A stretch of 64,000 nt of DNA. Origin: Candidatus Poribacteria bacterium (GTDB lineage: Bacteria > Poribacteria > WGA-4E > WGA-3G). This document shows, one piece after another, positions 29,501 through 38,683 of this stretch (positions are counted from its first letter, which is position 1; each line of letters opens with the position of its first letter). The translations under genes and the position numbers were made by a program. The stretch covers positions 928,001 through 992,000 of the forward strand of contig CBDANF010000003.1 of assembly GCA_965197475.1 (NCBI GenBank). The letters run 5' to 3'. Below the pieces are notes generated by a model, which saw only the letters and a list, made by a program, of their open reading frames with translations, made no database searches and was not told the origin of the DNA.

Positions 29501-30428
29501 TCAACTGAATTGTTTTATTACACAAATTCTGATATAAATCGGAATGAAATGGGTAAAATTTTGACCCATGGCGGAAGTCACTAACAACGATTGCCATATA
29601 ACGTTTATTTTCAATTTTAGCAGCAATTTTACGAAAGACATTTGTCAGTTCTTGCAAAAATTTTTCGTATTTCTCAATATTACCTAAATCACTTTGGTTG
29701 TCTGAATATTGGGTGGCTAAATTGTTTGAGAGTCTTTCTTCTTTTACTTTATGATCTCCATTTTTCGTTAAAATATTCCAGTATGGAGGGCTAGTGACCA
29801 TAAATTGGAATTGTTCATCTCTAAAATTGGAAAGAGCAGCACGAATGTCGTTGCAGACTACTTTTTGGTCATGGTCGGTTCCAATTTCTACAGCTAATCG
29901 TTCTTCTGCTAACTCTGCCCACGTGGAACTCAATTCTACACCTGTACCCTTCCGAGTAAGAATAGCACAAGCTTTCAAAGTGGATCCAACCCCACAAAAT
30001 GGATCAAGAACTTGTTCATCACTTTTTGTGAAAAAACGAATTAATCGCCCGACATCTTGATACGAGAAAGGCGCAGGATGAAGTTTCTCATAGAAGGTAT
30101 GAGGGTGCCCTTTTCCTAATCCCTTCTGTCTCCAGCTAGATTTTGTTTCCTGAATCCATACTCTTCCGGGTAAATCGTTAAGGTGATTCTGATTAGAGTA
30201 CTTATCGTCAGACCTGGTCTCAATATACAAAGTATGTTTTGCTTCATCACGGCAAACTTTGCTCATCGCCAAAGCAATTTTTGAGACAGGTACCCCAAAT
30301 TCCCGCACAGCTTTAAGGTTTTTTACCGATACATGTGTATCAAATAATTCAAGTTGAGTGTCTTTAACATAATCTGCTGCGTTAACTGAAGAAACATCAC
30401 TTGGAAATATAGTTCCCGAAGTATTCAT
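29385..30428 (-). CDS. DNA methyltransferase, alpha-class order, SPPY (probably m4C)
   Basis: HPAPF, then DPFCGVGST before TSPPYW. Confidence 0.88.
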   Translation of the reverse strand: MNTSGTIFPSDVSSVNAADYVKDTQLELFDTHVSVKNLKAVREFGVPVSKIALAMSKVCRDEAKHTLYIETRSDDKYSNQNHLNDLPGRVWIQETKSSWRQKGLGKGHPHTFYEKLHPAPFSYQDVGRLIRFFTKSDEQVLDPFCGVGSTLKACAILTRKGTGVELSSTWAELAEERLAVEIGTDHDQKVVCNDIRAALSNFRDEQFQFMVTSPPYWNILTKNGDHKVKEERLSNNLATQYSDNQSDLGNIEKYEKFLQELTNVFRKIAAKIENKRYMAIVVSDFRHGSKFYPFHSDLYQNLCNKTIQLIGVSMLEQPNKKLYPYGYPFCYIPNIHHQYILLFQVFH

Positions 30429-30600
30429 TCATTTGTCCTCGTCTTGCTCTAAAATGCTTATGTTAAAATCCATGATGCTAAGCACTCACTGTTTACAGAT
30501 AACAAAAGTTTGTAAACTATTATAGACAAATTGGTAAACATACACGTACTTACACGACATTCTATTATACCATAAGTACTACATCCATACCATAAAAAAA

Positions 30601-31374
30601 TCATCTGTCCAATAGAGATTTGCCCCGAAACCATAGGAATAATAAAATGAATACGATTGAATTCACTAACAACATCGTTGAAATAGCGTTCAGTTCAGGT
30701 GTGATACCGAACTTAAGGCTTGAATATATATGCACTGACAGCGTTGTATATCCAACGCCAGCGGTAAAGAAAGTAATCACAAAGTCGTCTATTGAGAGCG
30801 TGAAAGCGAGCAGTGCGCCGCCGATAATCCCTGGTGTGATGAGCGGAAAAGTTATCTGCCAGAAAGCGTGCCATTCGTTAGCACCAAGATCAAGTGCTGC
30901 CTCCTCTATCGTGTCATCATAACCTTGTAAACGGGCACGGACTACTATTGTAATGTATGCGATATTAAAAACTACATGTGCAAGAATTACCGATGTTAAA
31001 CCTAACGGAATTTTGACCTGCACATAAAACGTCAGCAATGCTATCGCTAAAACGATATCTGGAATAATTAGCGGTAGATAGAGTGATCGAATTAAGGTAT
31101 TGCGTAACCGAAACCGATATTTTTCTATTGCGAGTGCTGCTGCTGTTCCGATGACTGTTGAGATGAATGTCGCGACACATGCAATAACCAAACTATTTCT
31201 GCACGCGCGCCAAACATCCGGATTCTTAAACAGTTTTGCATACCATCCAAGCGAGAACCCTTCCCAAACTGCAATCTGATCTCCACTATTGAATGAGAAC
31301 ACAACAACGACTAAGATCGGAACATAGAGAAAGAGAAAAACCAATACGATGTTGATTTCAAGAAGTCGTTTCAT
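30601..31374 (-). CDS. potC: Spermidine/putrescine ABC permease PotC
   Basis: FLYVPI...FSFN, EEAALDLGA, FTLSIDDFVIT and PELNA. Confidence 0.88.
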   Translation of the reverse strand: MKRLLEINIVLVFLFLYVPILVVVVFSFNSGDQIAVWEGFSLGWYAKLFKNPDVWRACRNSLVIACVATFISTVIGTAAALAIEKYRFRLRNTLIRSLYLPLIIPDIVLAIALLTFYVQVKIPLGLTSVILAHVVFNIAYITIVVRARLQGYDDTIEEAALDLGANEWHAFWQITFPLITPGIIGGALLAFTLSIDDFVITFFTAGVGYTTLSVHIYSSLKFGITPELNAISTMLLVNSIVFILLFLWFRGKSLLDR

Positions 31375-31417
31375 TCTTCTTCACTAAACGGTAGTAGCCG
31401 TGAGATAGTCACATCTT

Positions 31418-32266
31418 CTAAGTTTCTGCAGATTCACTGCCTTGCAAAGCACGGAAATATAGCACTGTTCCTGCAAGTACTATACCCATAAGCATAAATG
31501 AGAGTGCAGACCCAAACGGAAAGTCTCGCGCTGTTCTAAATTGTCTTTCAATCACATTTCCGATAAAACTCACCTTTCCGCCACCAAGGATATCTGGCGT
31601 TAGAAATGCACCGACCGTCGGAATAAAAACTAACATTGATCCTGCAAGGATACCGGGAAGGCTTAGCGGTAAGGTTATGTGCCAAAAGGCATGCCGTGGC
31701 GATGCTCCCAAATCTTTCGCTGCATCTATCAGAGACAAATCCAGTTGCTCCAATGCTGCGTATAGCGGCAGAATCATAAACGGCAGATAACCGTAAACCA
31801 ATCCTATCTGCACTGCGAAAGGTGTATTGAGTAGTTCAAGCGGTTGAAAACCTGGAATTAGAAGGGCTAAAAAACTGTTTAGAAGACCTTCGGTGCGTAA
31901 AATCAGTATCCACGCGTAGGTGCGGATGAGGAAGTTTATCCAAAACGGCACAACCACGAGCAGTAACAACACATTTCGCCATATTGGTCTGTAGCATGCC
32001 AGATAATAGGCGAACGGATAACCTACAACGAGGCAAATCGCTGTGCAGACGAATGCTGTTGATACCGAACGCCAGAGGGTGCCGAGATAGAGTTTGTCGA
32101 ACAGGCGTTGATAGTTTTCCAGCGTGAAGTTCCATTCTATCCCGCCGTAGGTGCCGCGCTCCAGAAAACTATAGATGAATACAGAGATGAGTGGAAGAAG
32201 GAAGAAACAAATTAGCCAGAAGATAACGGGGGAGAGTAGGATTAGTAGGCGGTAATTACGACGCAT
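31418..32266 (-). CDS. potB: Spermidine/putrescine ABC permease PotB
   Basis: PFWINFLIRTYAW, YLPFMILPLY and AAKDLGA. Confidence 0.88.
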   Translation of the reverse strand: MRRNYRLLILLSPVIFWLICFFLLPLISVFIYSFLERGTYGGIEWNFTLENYQRLFDKLYLGTLWRSVSTAFVCTAICLVVGYPFAYYLACYRPIWRNVLLLLVVVPFWINFLIRTYAWILILRTEGLLNSFLALLIPGFQPLELLNTPFAVQIGLVYGYLPFMILPLYAALEQLDLSLIDAAKDLGASPRHAFWHITLPLSLPGILAGSMLVFIPTVGAFLTPDILGGGKVSFIGNVIERQFRTARDFPFGSALSFMLMGIVLAGTVLYFRALQGSESAET

Positions 32267-35261
32267 TTTCTTTCAAAAATTGGCGGATATTGTTCTGTAT
32301 GTTCCACGGATCGGTGATTTCAAGAAAATCCCAGTACCCAAATTCGCCGCAACCGTTCACTGCTGGTAACCACATATTTTTGATAGTATTGACCTTCTGA
32401 ACTTTATCTTCCCTTGGCATGCCAGAAACTTCAAGAATTAGGTTCACAATATCGTTAGAACCGTTTTTTCCTCTACGAATACGGGCAATAAAGTCAGGAA
32501 CATATTGACGGCTTTCCCCGTTGTGATTGATGTATGGAATCGTGAAACCCAAGTTGTGGTTTTTGACATACGCAATTACCTCATCCATTTGTTCAAGTGC
32601 CTGCGCGGTCTTCTGCTCCCAAGATTCTGTGTCAGCGACAACATGCGAAATGTGACATTTGTCTGGTTTTGTTTCCCATGTCGGACGTGAGGTTTCAAAT
32701 AAGACATCTGATGTTGATCCAGTACGCCCTTTTATACGAGAGGAATGTGGAAAAATTGGGAGGAAAATCTTCTCTGAAGAAGCATTTTCAGAATTTGTTC
32801 CTACAGATTGTTGTCCAGCATTGAGAATTCCCATGTGGATCCGATATGCAGCCTTTCGCGCGATTTCGCCAATGTGAAAAAACTGAGGATAGGTGTTGTC
32901 TTTATAGGTAACACATTCTTGCATCCATCGGCGCGTGATACGAAGTAACTGTGGAAAAAGCCACCATTTCGATTTATTATCACTGTCACATAGGTAATTT
33001 TCCATAAGTACTCTGGTGAGATAGAACTCTGTTTGCTGGCTGCGGAACTTCGTCAGATAAGGCAATTCAACCTCTTTTGTCACTCCAGTAATAGCCTCAA
33101 TTTCTATACGTGACGGAATCTCTGCAGTAGAAAGTTCATAGTGAGAATCTTCAGTAAAAGTGGCATCCAACTTTTCTGATGGGAGGCAAGGACGATATCC
33201 AGCTATTCTCGGAAATGTGATTTCGCATTTCGCCTTTCTTTCAGGCAGTGCCTTAACTTCTATCACAGGATTAGGTTGTATCGCTTTTCCACTGCCGGTC
33301 GCAGGAATAAATGAGAACGGCACCCCATATACCTCCGCGTATTCTGGCGGAAAAGTTTCCAACTCTATATCATTGTCATTGACCTTGATAGTTGTCTTTT
33401 CCACATCGTAAGTGGAGCGGCGTAAGCCTCTGCCGACAACCTGTTCGCAGAGCAGCTGCGTGCTAAAAGCACGTACGCCAAGGATATGCGTTACCCGCCT
33501 TGCATCCCATCCTTCACTTAACATTGACACTGAAACGACACACTTAATCTGCTCCCCAAGTTTATCCTTTTTACCAACGGTATTTAGCACTTCACGCAAT
33601 ATTTCCTCATTTGAAACTTTTTCTACATTCAGCCTACGTTTGAACTGTTCTATCTGTGTTTTGGCTGCTTCCCTAAACGCACCTCTCAATGCTTCACCAG
33701 ATTCCAACTGGTTGCTATCAATGATTAGCGTGCTTAACTTTTCACTCCACTCACCGTTTTCCTCATTGCTAAAAATCGGCAAATTTCCTTTGACAATTAC
33801 CTTTTCTCCATCAGCGGTTAGTTTCTCCCATCCGGCAATCCAGTCGTAAACGAGTTTGGACACCTTTGTATTGTTGCAAACGACAATCATCACAGGTGGT
33901 GTTAATCCGTGTTGGTCTTTCTGCCATAAGTCATACGCCTTTTCATAATTGGTATAGAGGCTTTGGAGTGCTGTCTCCAATTCTTGTGGCAGCTGCGGTT
34001 CTCCGTCCGTAGAAATTCCAGTAAGTTTAGTACGAATAGTATCCCAGAGGCGGCGATAAATCGGATCTCTTGCCATTGTATCGTCTGCAACAGGGACACG
34101 AGGAACTTTTGCGATTCCACTTTCGATTGCATCTATCAATGCAAAATCGGATGCTACCCACGGAAACAAAACGCCTTCTCTGAGTTTCTTTCCACTCGGC
34201 GTAGTAGTGGAATAGCCTGAACCGCTCAGAAAGAACGGGGTAGCAGACAAATCGTAAACAGTTTTTACATTGAGTTTCGATTTCACCGCTTCAATTCCAC
34301 TTATCCACAAACGTACATCGTCTTCGGTTAAGTCTGATTTCTCATCTTTTTTACGATGGTAACAGTGATGTGCCTCATCGTTCAGCACAATGATATTTTT
34401 CTTCCTGCCGAGACTCCGACAGACCCGCGCAACCATCTCATCAGGTGTTTCTATGAAATTTTTTGCACTTTCTTCTCCGAGAACCTGTTCACTTACTTTG
34501 CTCAATTTTTCCTTTTTTCGGGTCTGAAAAGCGTGGTAGTTCGTAATGACGATTTTCGTCTGACATAACGTGTCAAAGTCACCGTGGGGAAGCAAGTTCA
34601 TTTTTCGATAGTCGTTTTCAGGATTTTCCGGTAGGAGGACCTGCAATCGATCGCGAATTGTCACACCAGGCGTGACAATGAGAAAAGCATCTGTGTAACG
34701 TTCGCTTCGGAGATTAGCTATTTTGTTCAACGTGTGATACACGATGAGCATTGCCATAACCACCGTCTTACCGGTGCCTGTTGCCATCTTGAATGCAATT
34801 CGGTATAGATCGGGATTTGCTTCCTTATTCGCGCTTAAAAGTGTTTGGTGGAATGCGTCGCCGCGATTTTTGTTTTCACATTCATTCAGATAGATAGCAG
34901 TCTCCACAGCCTCGCGTTGACAGAAAAAGAGGCGCGGTTCGTTTTCGGGATTGTTCCAATATTCAAGCAAACGTCTTGTAGTTGGGGTTACACCAGGATA
35001 ACCGCTGTTCCGCCATGCTGTTACTTGCGCGCGCACTTTGTTGATAAAAACGTTTGCCTCCCGAAGTTCTGGGTCAGGAAGAAGCGACATTTGCACGTCC
35101 TGTGACTGTTTTTTCGGTTTCGGCATCGGGATAAAGTATTCACTTCTACGTCTACCTTCGGTAATATCTTCTGTTATTCCACGGTCTGTAAATTTGAAGT
35201 GCCGTTGCGGTTCCTCATAAGGACTGTTGATTACAGGATTCTCTATTGTAACTTTTGACAT
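32256..35261 (-). CDS. res: Type III restriction endonuclease Res subunit
   Basis: KMATGTGKT, DEAHH, SATP, EGWD, QVVGRGLRR and C-terminal YVPDF...LEVSG. Start moved to MSKVTIENP. Confidence 0.92.
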   Translation of the reverse strand: MSKVTIENPVINSPYEEPQRHFKFTDRGITEDITEGRRRSEYFIPMPKPKKQSQDVQMSLLPDPELREANVFINKVRAQVTAWRNSGYPGVTPTTRRLLEYWNNPENEPRLFFCQREAVETAIYLNECENKNRGDAFHQTLLSANKEANPDLYRIAFKMATGTGKTVVMAMLIVYHTLNKIANLRSERYTDAFLIVTPGVTIRDRLQVLLPENPENDYRKMNLLPHGDFDTLCQTKIVITNYHAFQTRKKEKLSKVSEQVLGEESAKNFIETPDEMVARVCRSLGRKKNIIVLNDEAHHCYHRKKDEKSDLTEDDVRLWISGIEAVKSKLNVKTVYDLSATPFFLSGSGYSTTTPSGKKLREGVLFPWVASDFALIDAIESGIAKVPRVPVADDTMARDPIYRRLWDTIRTKLTGISTDGEPQLPQELETALQSLYTNYEKAYDLWQKDQHGLTPPVMIVVCNNTKVSKLVYDWIAGWEKLTADGEKVIVKGNLPIFSNEENGEWSEKLSTLIIDSNQLESGEALRGAFREAAKTQIEQFKRRLNVEKVSNEEILREVLNTVGKKDKLGEQIKCVVSVSMLSEGWDARRVTHILGVRAFSTQLLCEQVVGRGLRRSTYDVEKTTIKVNDNDIELETFPPEYAEVYGVPFSFIPATGSGKAIQPNPVIEVKALPERKAKCEITFPRIAGYRPCLPSEKLDATFTEDSHYELSTAEIPSRIEIEAITGVTKEVELPYLTKFRSQQTEFYLTRVLMENYLCDSDNKSKWWLFPQLLRITRRWMQECVTYKDNTYPQFFHIGEIARKAAYRIHMGILNAGQQSVGTNSENASSEKIFLPIFPHSSRIKGRTGSTSDVLFETSRPTWETKPDKCHISHVVADTESWEQKTAQALEQMDEVIAYVKNHNLGFTIPYINHNGESRQYVPDFIARIRRGKNGSNDIVNLILEVSGMPREDKVQKVNTIKNMWLPAVNGCGEFGYWDFLEITDPWNIQNNIRQFLKENAS

Positions 35262-35298
35262 TTGGATACCTTCTTTCAGTCTTAGGTTGGGTGTTCTC

Positions 35299-35790
35299 TT
35301 AACAGATAAGGTCAACATTAACGCCATGGTTTGCAAGCGCGTTCGTAAATTGAAGCCAGCCTCTATCTATCGCCAATAAAATAGTCGCTGTTTGTCCAGA
35401 TTCCTTCTGATACGCAAGCACAACAGCAATAAATTTTCGATCATTTTTGTGGAAACTCGTTAACGCGTCATCGCTGTTTGGAAACTCTTCAAAATCTGTG
35501 CCGTTTCCCGCTAATGGTGTGATCTTAATCATCGTACAAATGTCTGGATACCTCCAATTTTGCAGCAATCTTTTCACAAAACCGTCACCAACCCCTTTTT
35601 GTCTAACTACATTTGCATTTCTCTTGTACTCATTAAGAATTCTCCATCTATCGTCAACAACTGTCCTTATCTGTTGTAAAGTAATCTGTTTAAGTCGCTG
35701 CTGACAACGTTCTATGCAGTCCAAAGAGGCATGGTCTGCTTCGCCATTTGCGATGACGATAACGTTCGTATCTACGATAACTGCGTTCAT
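35299..35790 (-). CDS. PIN-domain-like nuclease (copy 2)
   Basis: VIVDTNV, EY, DRKFIAV and DRGW acidic pattern. Confidence 0.7.
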   Translation of the reverse strand: MNAVIVDTNVIVIANGEADHASLDCIERCQQRLKQITLQQIRTVVDDRWRILNEYKRNANVVRQKGVGDGFVKRLLQNWRYPDICTMIKITPLAGNGTDFEEFPNSDDALTSFHKNDRKFIAVVLAYQKESGQTATILLAIDRGWLQFTNALANHGVNVDLIC

Positions 35791-37028
35791 TAACCCTCCA
35801 TTTTCTTTCGGCGTTCCATTTCTGCTTCAGCTCTTGCAAACAGCTCGCCCATCTCATTGCCAAAAAAGTTTTCTGGCCAGTTTGAAATGTTCCCAAATTC
35901 ATCCATTTTTAAGCGTTCAATATTAGAAACGCCTTCATCGTTCCGACAAAAATAGAGGGCAGTTTTATCAACGCTAATCTTTTCTTCAGCGATGCGCCGC
36001 TGCAAACGATTTAGCAGGTGTTCACTATGGCTTTCTACCAGAATCTGCAAGTTGCGTTCATTGACAACCTCTATTAGAAGATCCGCCAATTCAGATTGAA
36101 CCTTTGGATGAAGGTGAATACCGGGTTGTTCCAGAATCAATGTTGAACCCACTGGGGCATAGTAACAAAGCACTAAAACCGGTAAAAATTGGGATAAACC
36201 GTAACCCATGTCAGGCAGGTTTACCTTAGCACTGTCAGCTGTTTTTTGAATAAAAACATCATAATCCCGATCCACATTTGCCCCAGTCCGTTCAATTAAA
36301 AAAGAATATGCGAGTTCCATCTCTCGGAGCCACGCAGAGATTCGTTCCTCAATTGGAACATTTTTCCCCTCATAAGGTGTTGTTTGTCGATCTATGCGCG
36401 CGGAAAGTAGAGCGGAAATCATTTCCTCACCGCGTTGTCCTATACTTTCAGGATGCGTCCCTTCCCAATGATAGTGGCGTTGTGGTTGAATACGGACCGG
36501 ACCAATGTAACGAACGCGATCAAAAAGTTCCTTAAGTTCAGATGTAAATTGATTTTTTGAATTCTCAGCTGATCCAGACCAACAGAGTTCTTCGTAGATT
36601 CTTTGTGAGAAATCCGCGCATATTAATTCCTGATCTCCATACTTGAAACGGTAATAACCTTTTAGGCCAGGTAGCGTATTCTCTTGCCATAGGGCAGTAA
36701 CTTCAAAAGTGAAACTGTCAACAGTCAGTGGATTGACTTCAATGGTAAATGGATTTTGAATCTTACATCCAAACCCTAACTCAAGTGATTCCTCTACGTT
36801 ATGCCCATGAATTACCTCACGGAAACTTCCAAGATTGACAAGAGAATTTTCATCACCGAAGAAGAGGATCTCCTCGGTTCCAATCGTCTGCTTAAGCAAT
36901 AGCAGCATCTGCAACAGGCTACTCTTCCCAGAACTATTTGTCCCGAAAAAGCCTGTCAACGGTGCAAGTTTCACCTCAACACTATCTTTCCACGACTTGA
37001 AGTTTTTCATTCGGATATGCGTAATCAT
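35790..37028 (-). CDS. ABC/AAA_21-type ATPase with DUF3696-like C-terminus (copy 2)
   Basis: MKNFKSW, GTNSSGKSS, MGYGLSQ, LEQPGIHLHP, ESHSEH and WPENFF. Confidence 0.85.
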   Translation of the reverse strand: MITHIRMKNFKSWKDSVEVKLAPLTGFFGTNSSGKSSLLQMLLLLKQTIGTEEILFFGDENSLVNLGSFREVIHGHNVEESLELGFGCKIQNPFTIEVNPLTVDSFTFEVTALWQENTLPGLKGYYRFKYGDQELICADFSQRIYEELCWSGSAENSKNQFTSELKELFDRVRYIGPVRIQPQRHYHWEGTHPESIGQRGEEMISALLSARIDRQTTPYEGKNVPIEERISAWLREMELAYSFLIERTGANVDRDYDVFIQKTADSAKVNLPDMGYGLSQFLPVLVLCYYAPVGSTLILEQPGIHLHPKVQSELADLLIEVVNERNLQILVESHSEHLLNRLQRRIAEEKISVDKTALYFCRNDEGVSNIERLKMDEFGNISNWPENFFGNEMGELFARAEAEMERRKKMEG

Positions 37029-37143
37029 TTTTTCTTCTCCATGTTGACATATTATAACGTGAGCTCCGTTTAACTTTAATGCACAATGGAATCGGTGCTG
37101 CAAACGCTTAGCCTTTTTATTCCTCACAATCGAGAGAACTCTC

Positions 37144-38082
37144 TTACTCCCACAGTAGGACTTTTCCATCTCCACAACCACTTACAAGTGTATAACTATC
37201 TGGCGAAAAACACAGATTGTTAACTTGTGCTGTATGTTCAGTAAGCGTTTTCAACTGTTTGCCTGTGTCAACATCCCATAGCAGAATTACGCCGTCTTCA
37301 TGTCCACTGGCAAGTATGCAACCATCCGTGCTAAAAGCGAGAGCGCGCGCATAAGCGTCACTCCCCTGCCTTGTAAATGCTTGGCGTTGTTCACCGGTAG
37401 CAACATCCCATAAATCAATACTGTGGTCCCAAAGTCCGCCACCAGAGGCAAGTGTACGACCATCCGGACTGAAAACTGTGCAAAAGGCTCCGCCGTTTAC
37501 CACTGCAAGAGTTTTGAGGCATGCACCTGTGGTAATGTCCCATAAACTAATCGGACATGGGCCGTCAAGAACGTTCTTTTCACATTCACTTATAGCGAGC
37601 ATTTTAGCATCCGGACTAAAAACTACTCCTAAAAAGCCGCCGTTGTCGTTCGCAATAAAGGTTTGCTCCAGCGTACATGTAGCAGTGTTAAACAAGTGAA
37701 TCTTTTCAACATCCCAATCCGACATCCCCCAAACCCTGGCTGCAAACGAGTTTCCATCAGGACTGAAAGCAATGAAATCACCTTCGTAATCGTGGACAGT
37801 TCTTAATTGTCTACCATTAGATGCCTTTGAAAAGCAAATCACCCCGTCTTCACTTCCACTAATGATCGTGTCCCCATCGGCACTGAAAACCATAGCGGTA
37901 ATAGGTGCCATGTCTGCTGTGATCAGAGCAATTTCTAACCCCGTTTGTGCATCGTAAATCAAAATGCTGCTGGTCCGGGTTACAGCTATTCGGTCACCAT
38001 TCGGAGGAAACCTGATGTCATTTATTGTGCCCGTACCGAGGGGTTGTGCCCATTCAGGTAAATTATCATGGTTTATTTTCAT
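37144..38082 (-). CDS. WD40-repeat protein
   Basis: Repeated FSPDG..LASG..D..I.LWD units. Confidence 0.88.
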   Translation of the reverse strand: MKINHDNLPEWAQPLGTGTINDIRFPPNGDRIAVTRTSSILIYDAQTGLEIALITADMAPITAMVFSADGDTIISGSEDGVICFSKASNGRQLRTVHDYEGDFIAFSPDGNSFAARVWGMSDWDVEKIHLFNTATCTLEQTFIANDNGGFLGVVFSPDAKMLAISECEKNVLDGPCPISLWDITTGACLKTLAVVNGGAFCTVFSPDGRTLASGGGLWDHSIDLWDVATGEQRQAFTRQGSDAYARALAFSTDGCILASGHEDGVILLWDVDTGKQLKTLTEHTAQVNNLCFSPDSYTLVSGCGDGKVLLWE

Positions 38083-38164
38083 AATATTATCTCCTATTGG
38101 TAGTTTTCATGCTGTCGCATAAATGTAATCATTTTCAATCCCTTTCTTTACCCTTATGTGTTCA

Positions 38165-38683
38165 TTAGGTGTCCTCTTCACAGATAAGGTCAACGGTAAC
38201 TCCGTAGTTTACCAGCGCGTTCATAAATTCAAGCCAACCTCTATCTATTGCCAATAAGATCGTTGGCACTTGTTCGGCATCACGCTGATACACAAGTGCA
38301 ACAGCAACAAATTTTTTATCTTTTTTGTGGAAATTATTTAATGCCGCGTCATCATTAGGAAATTCCTCAAATTCGGTGCCGTTTTCAACTAACGGGGTGA
38401 TTTGAACCGTGATAACCGTTTCGGGATAACTTTTTGGATTATAAAATCTTCTCTTCAATTCCAGCCAAAACCGATCTCCGAATCCACGTCCCTTTTCGTT
38501 CAGATTGTTTCTGTACTCTTGAATAAATCGTTTCTTGTCATCAAGTAAAACCATTTCCGGACCTCTGAGAATTTCAGCAAGTCTTGCTCGGCAACGGATA
38601 ACACACTCCTTTGATGCTTGCGGCGCAGCAGCCTTGCCATTTGCGACTACCATGACGTTCGTATCAATAATAACAGCGTCCAT
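38165..38683 (-). CDS. PIN-domain-like nuclease (copy 1)
   Basis: VIIDTNV, DKKFVAV and DRGW; paralog of 35299-35790. Confidence 0.7.
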   Translation of the reverse strand: MDAVIIDTNVMVVANGKAAAPQASKECVIRCRARLAEILRGPEMVLLDDKKRFIQEYRNNLNEKGRGFGDRFWLELKRRFYNPKSYPETVITVQITPLVENGTEFEEFPNDDAALNNFHKKDKKFVAVALVYQRDAEQVPTILLAIDRGWLEFMNALVNYGVTVDLICEEDT

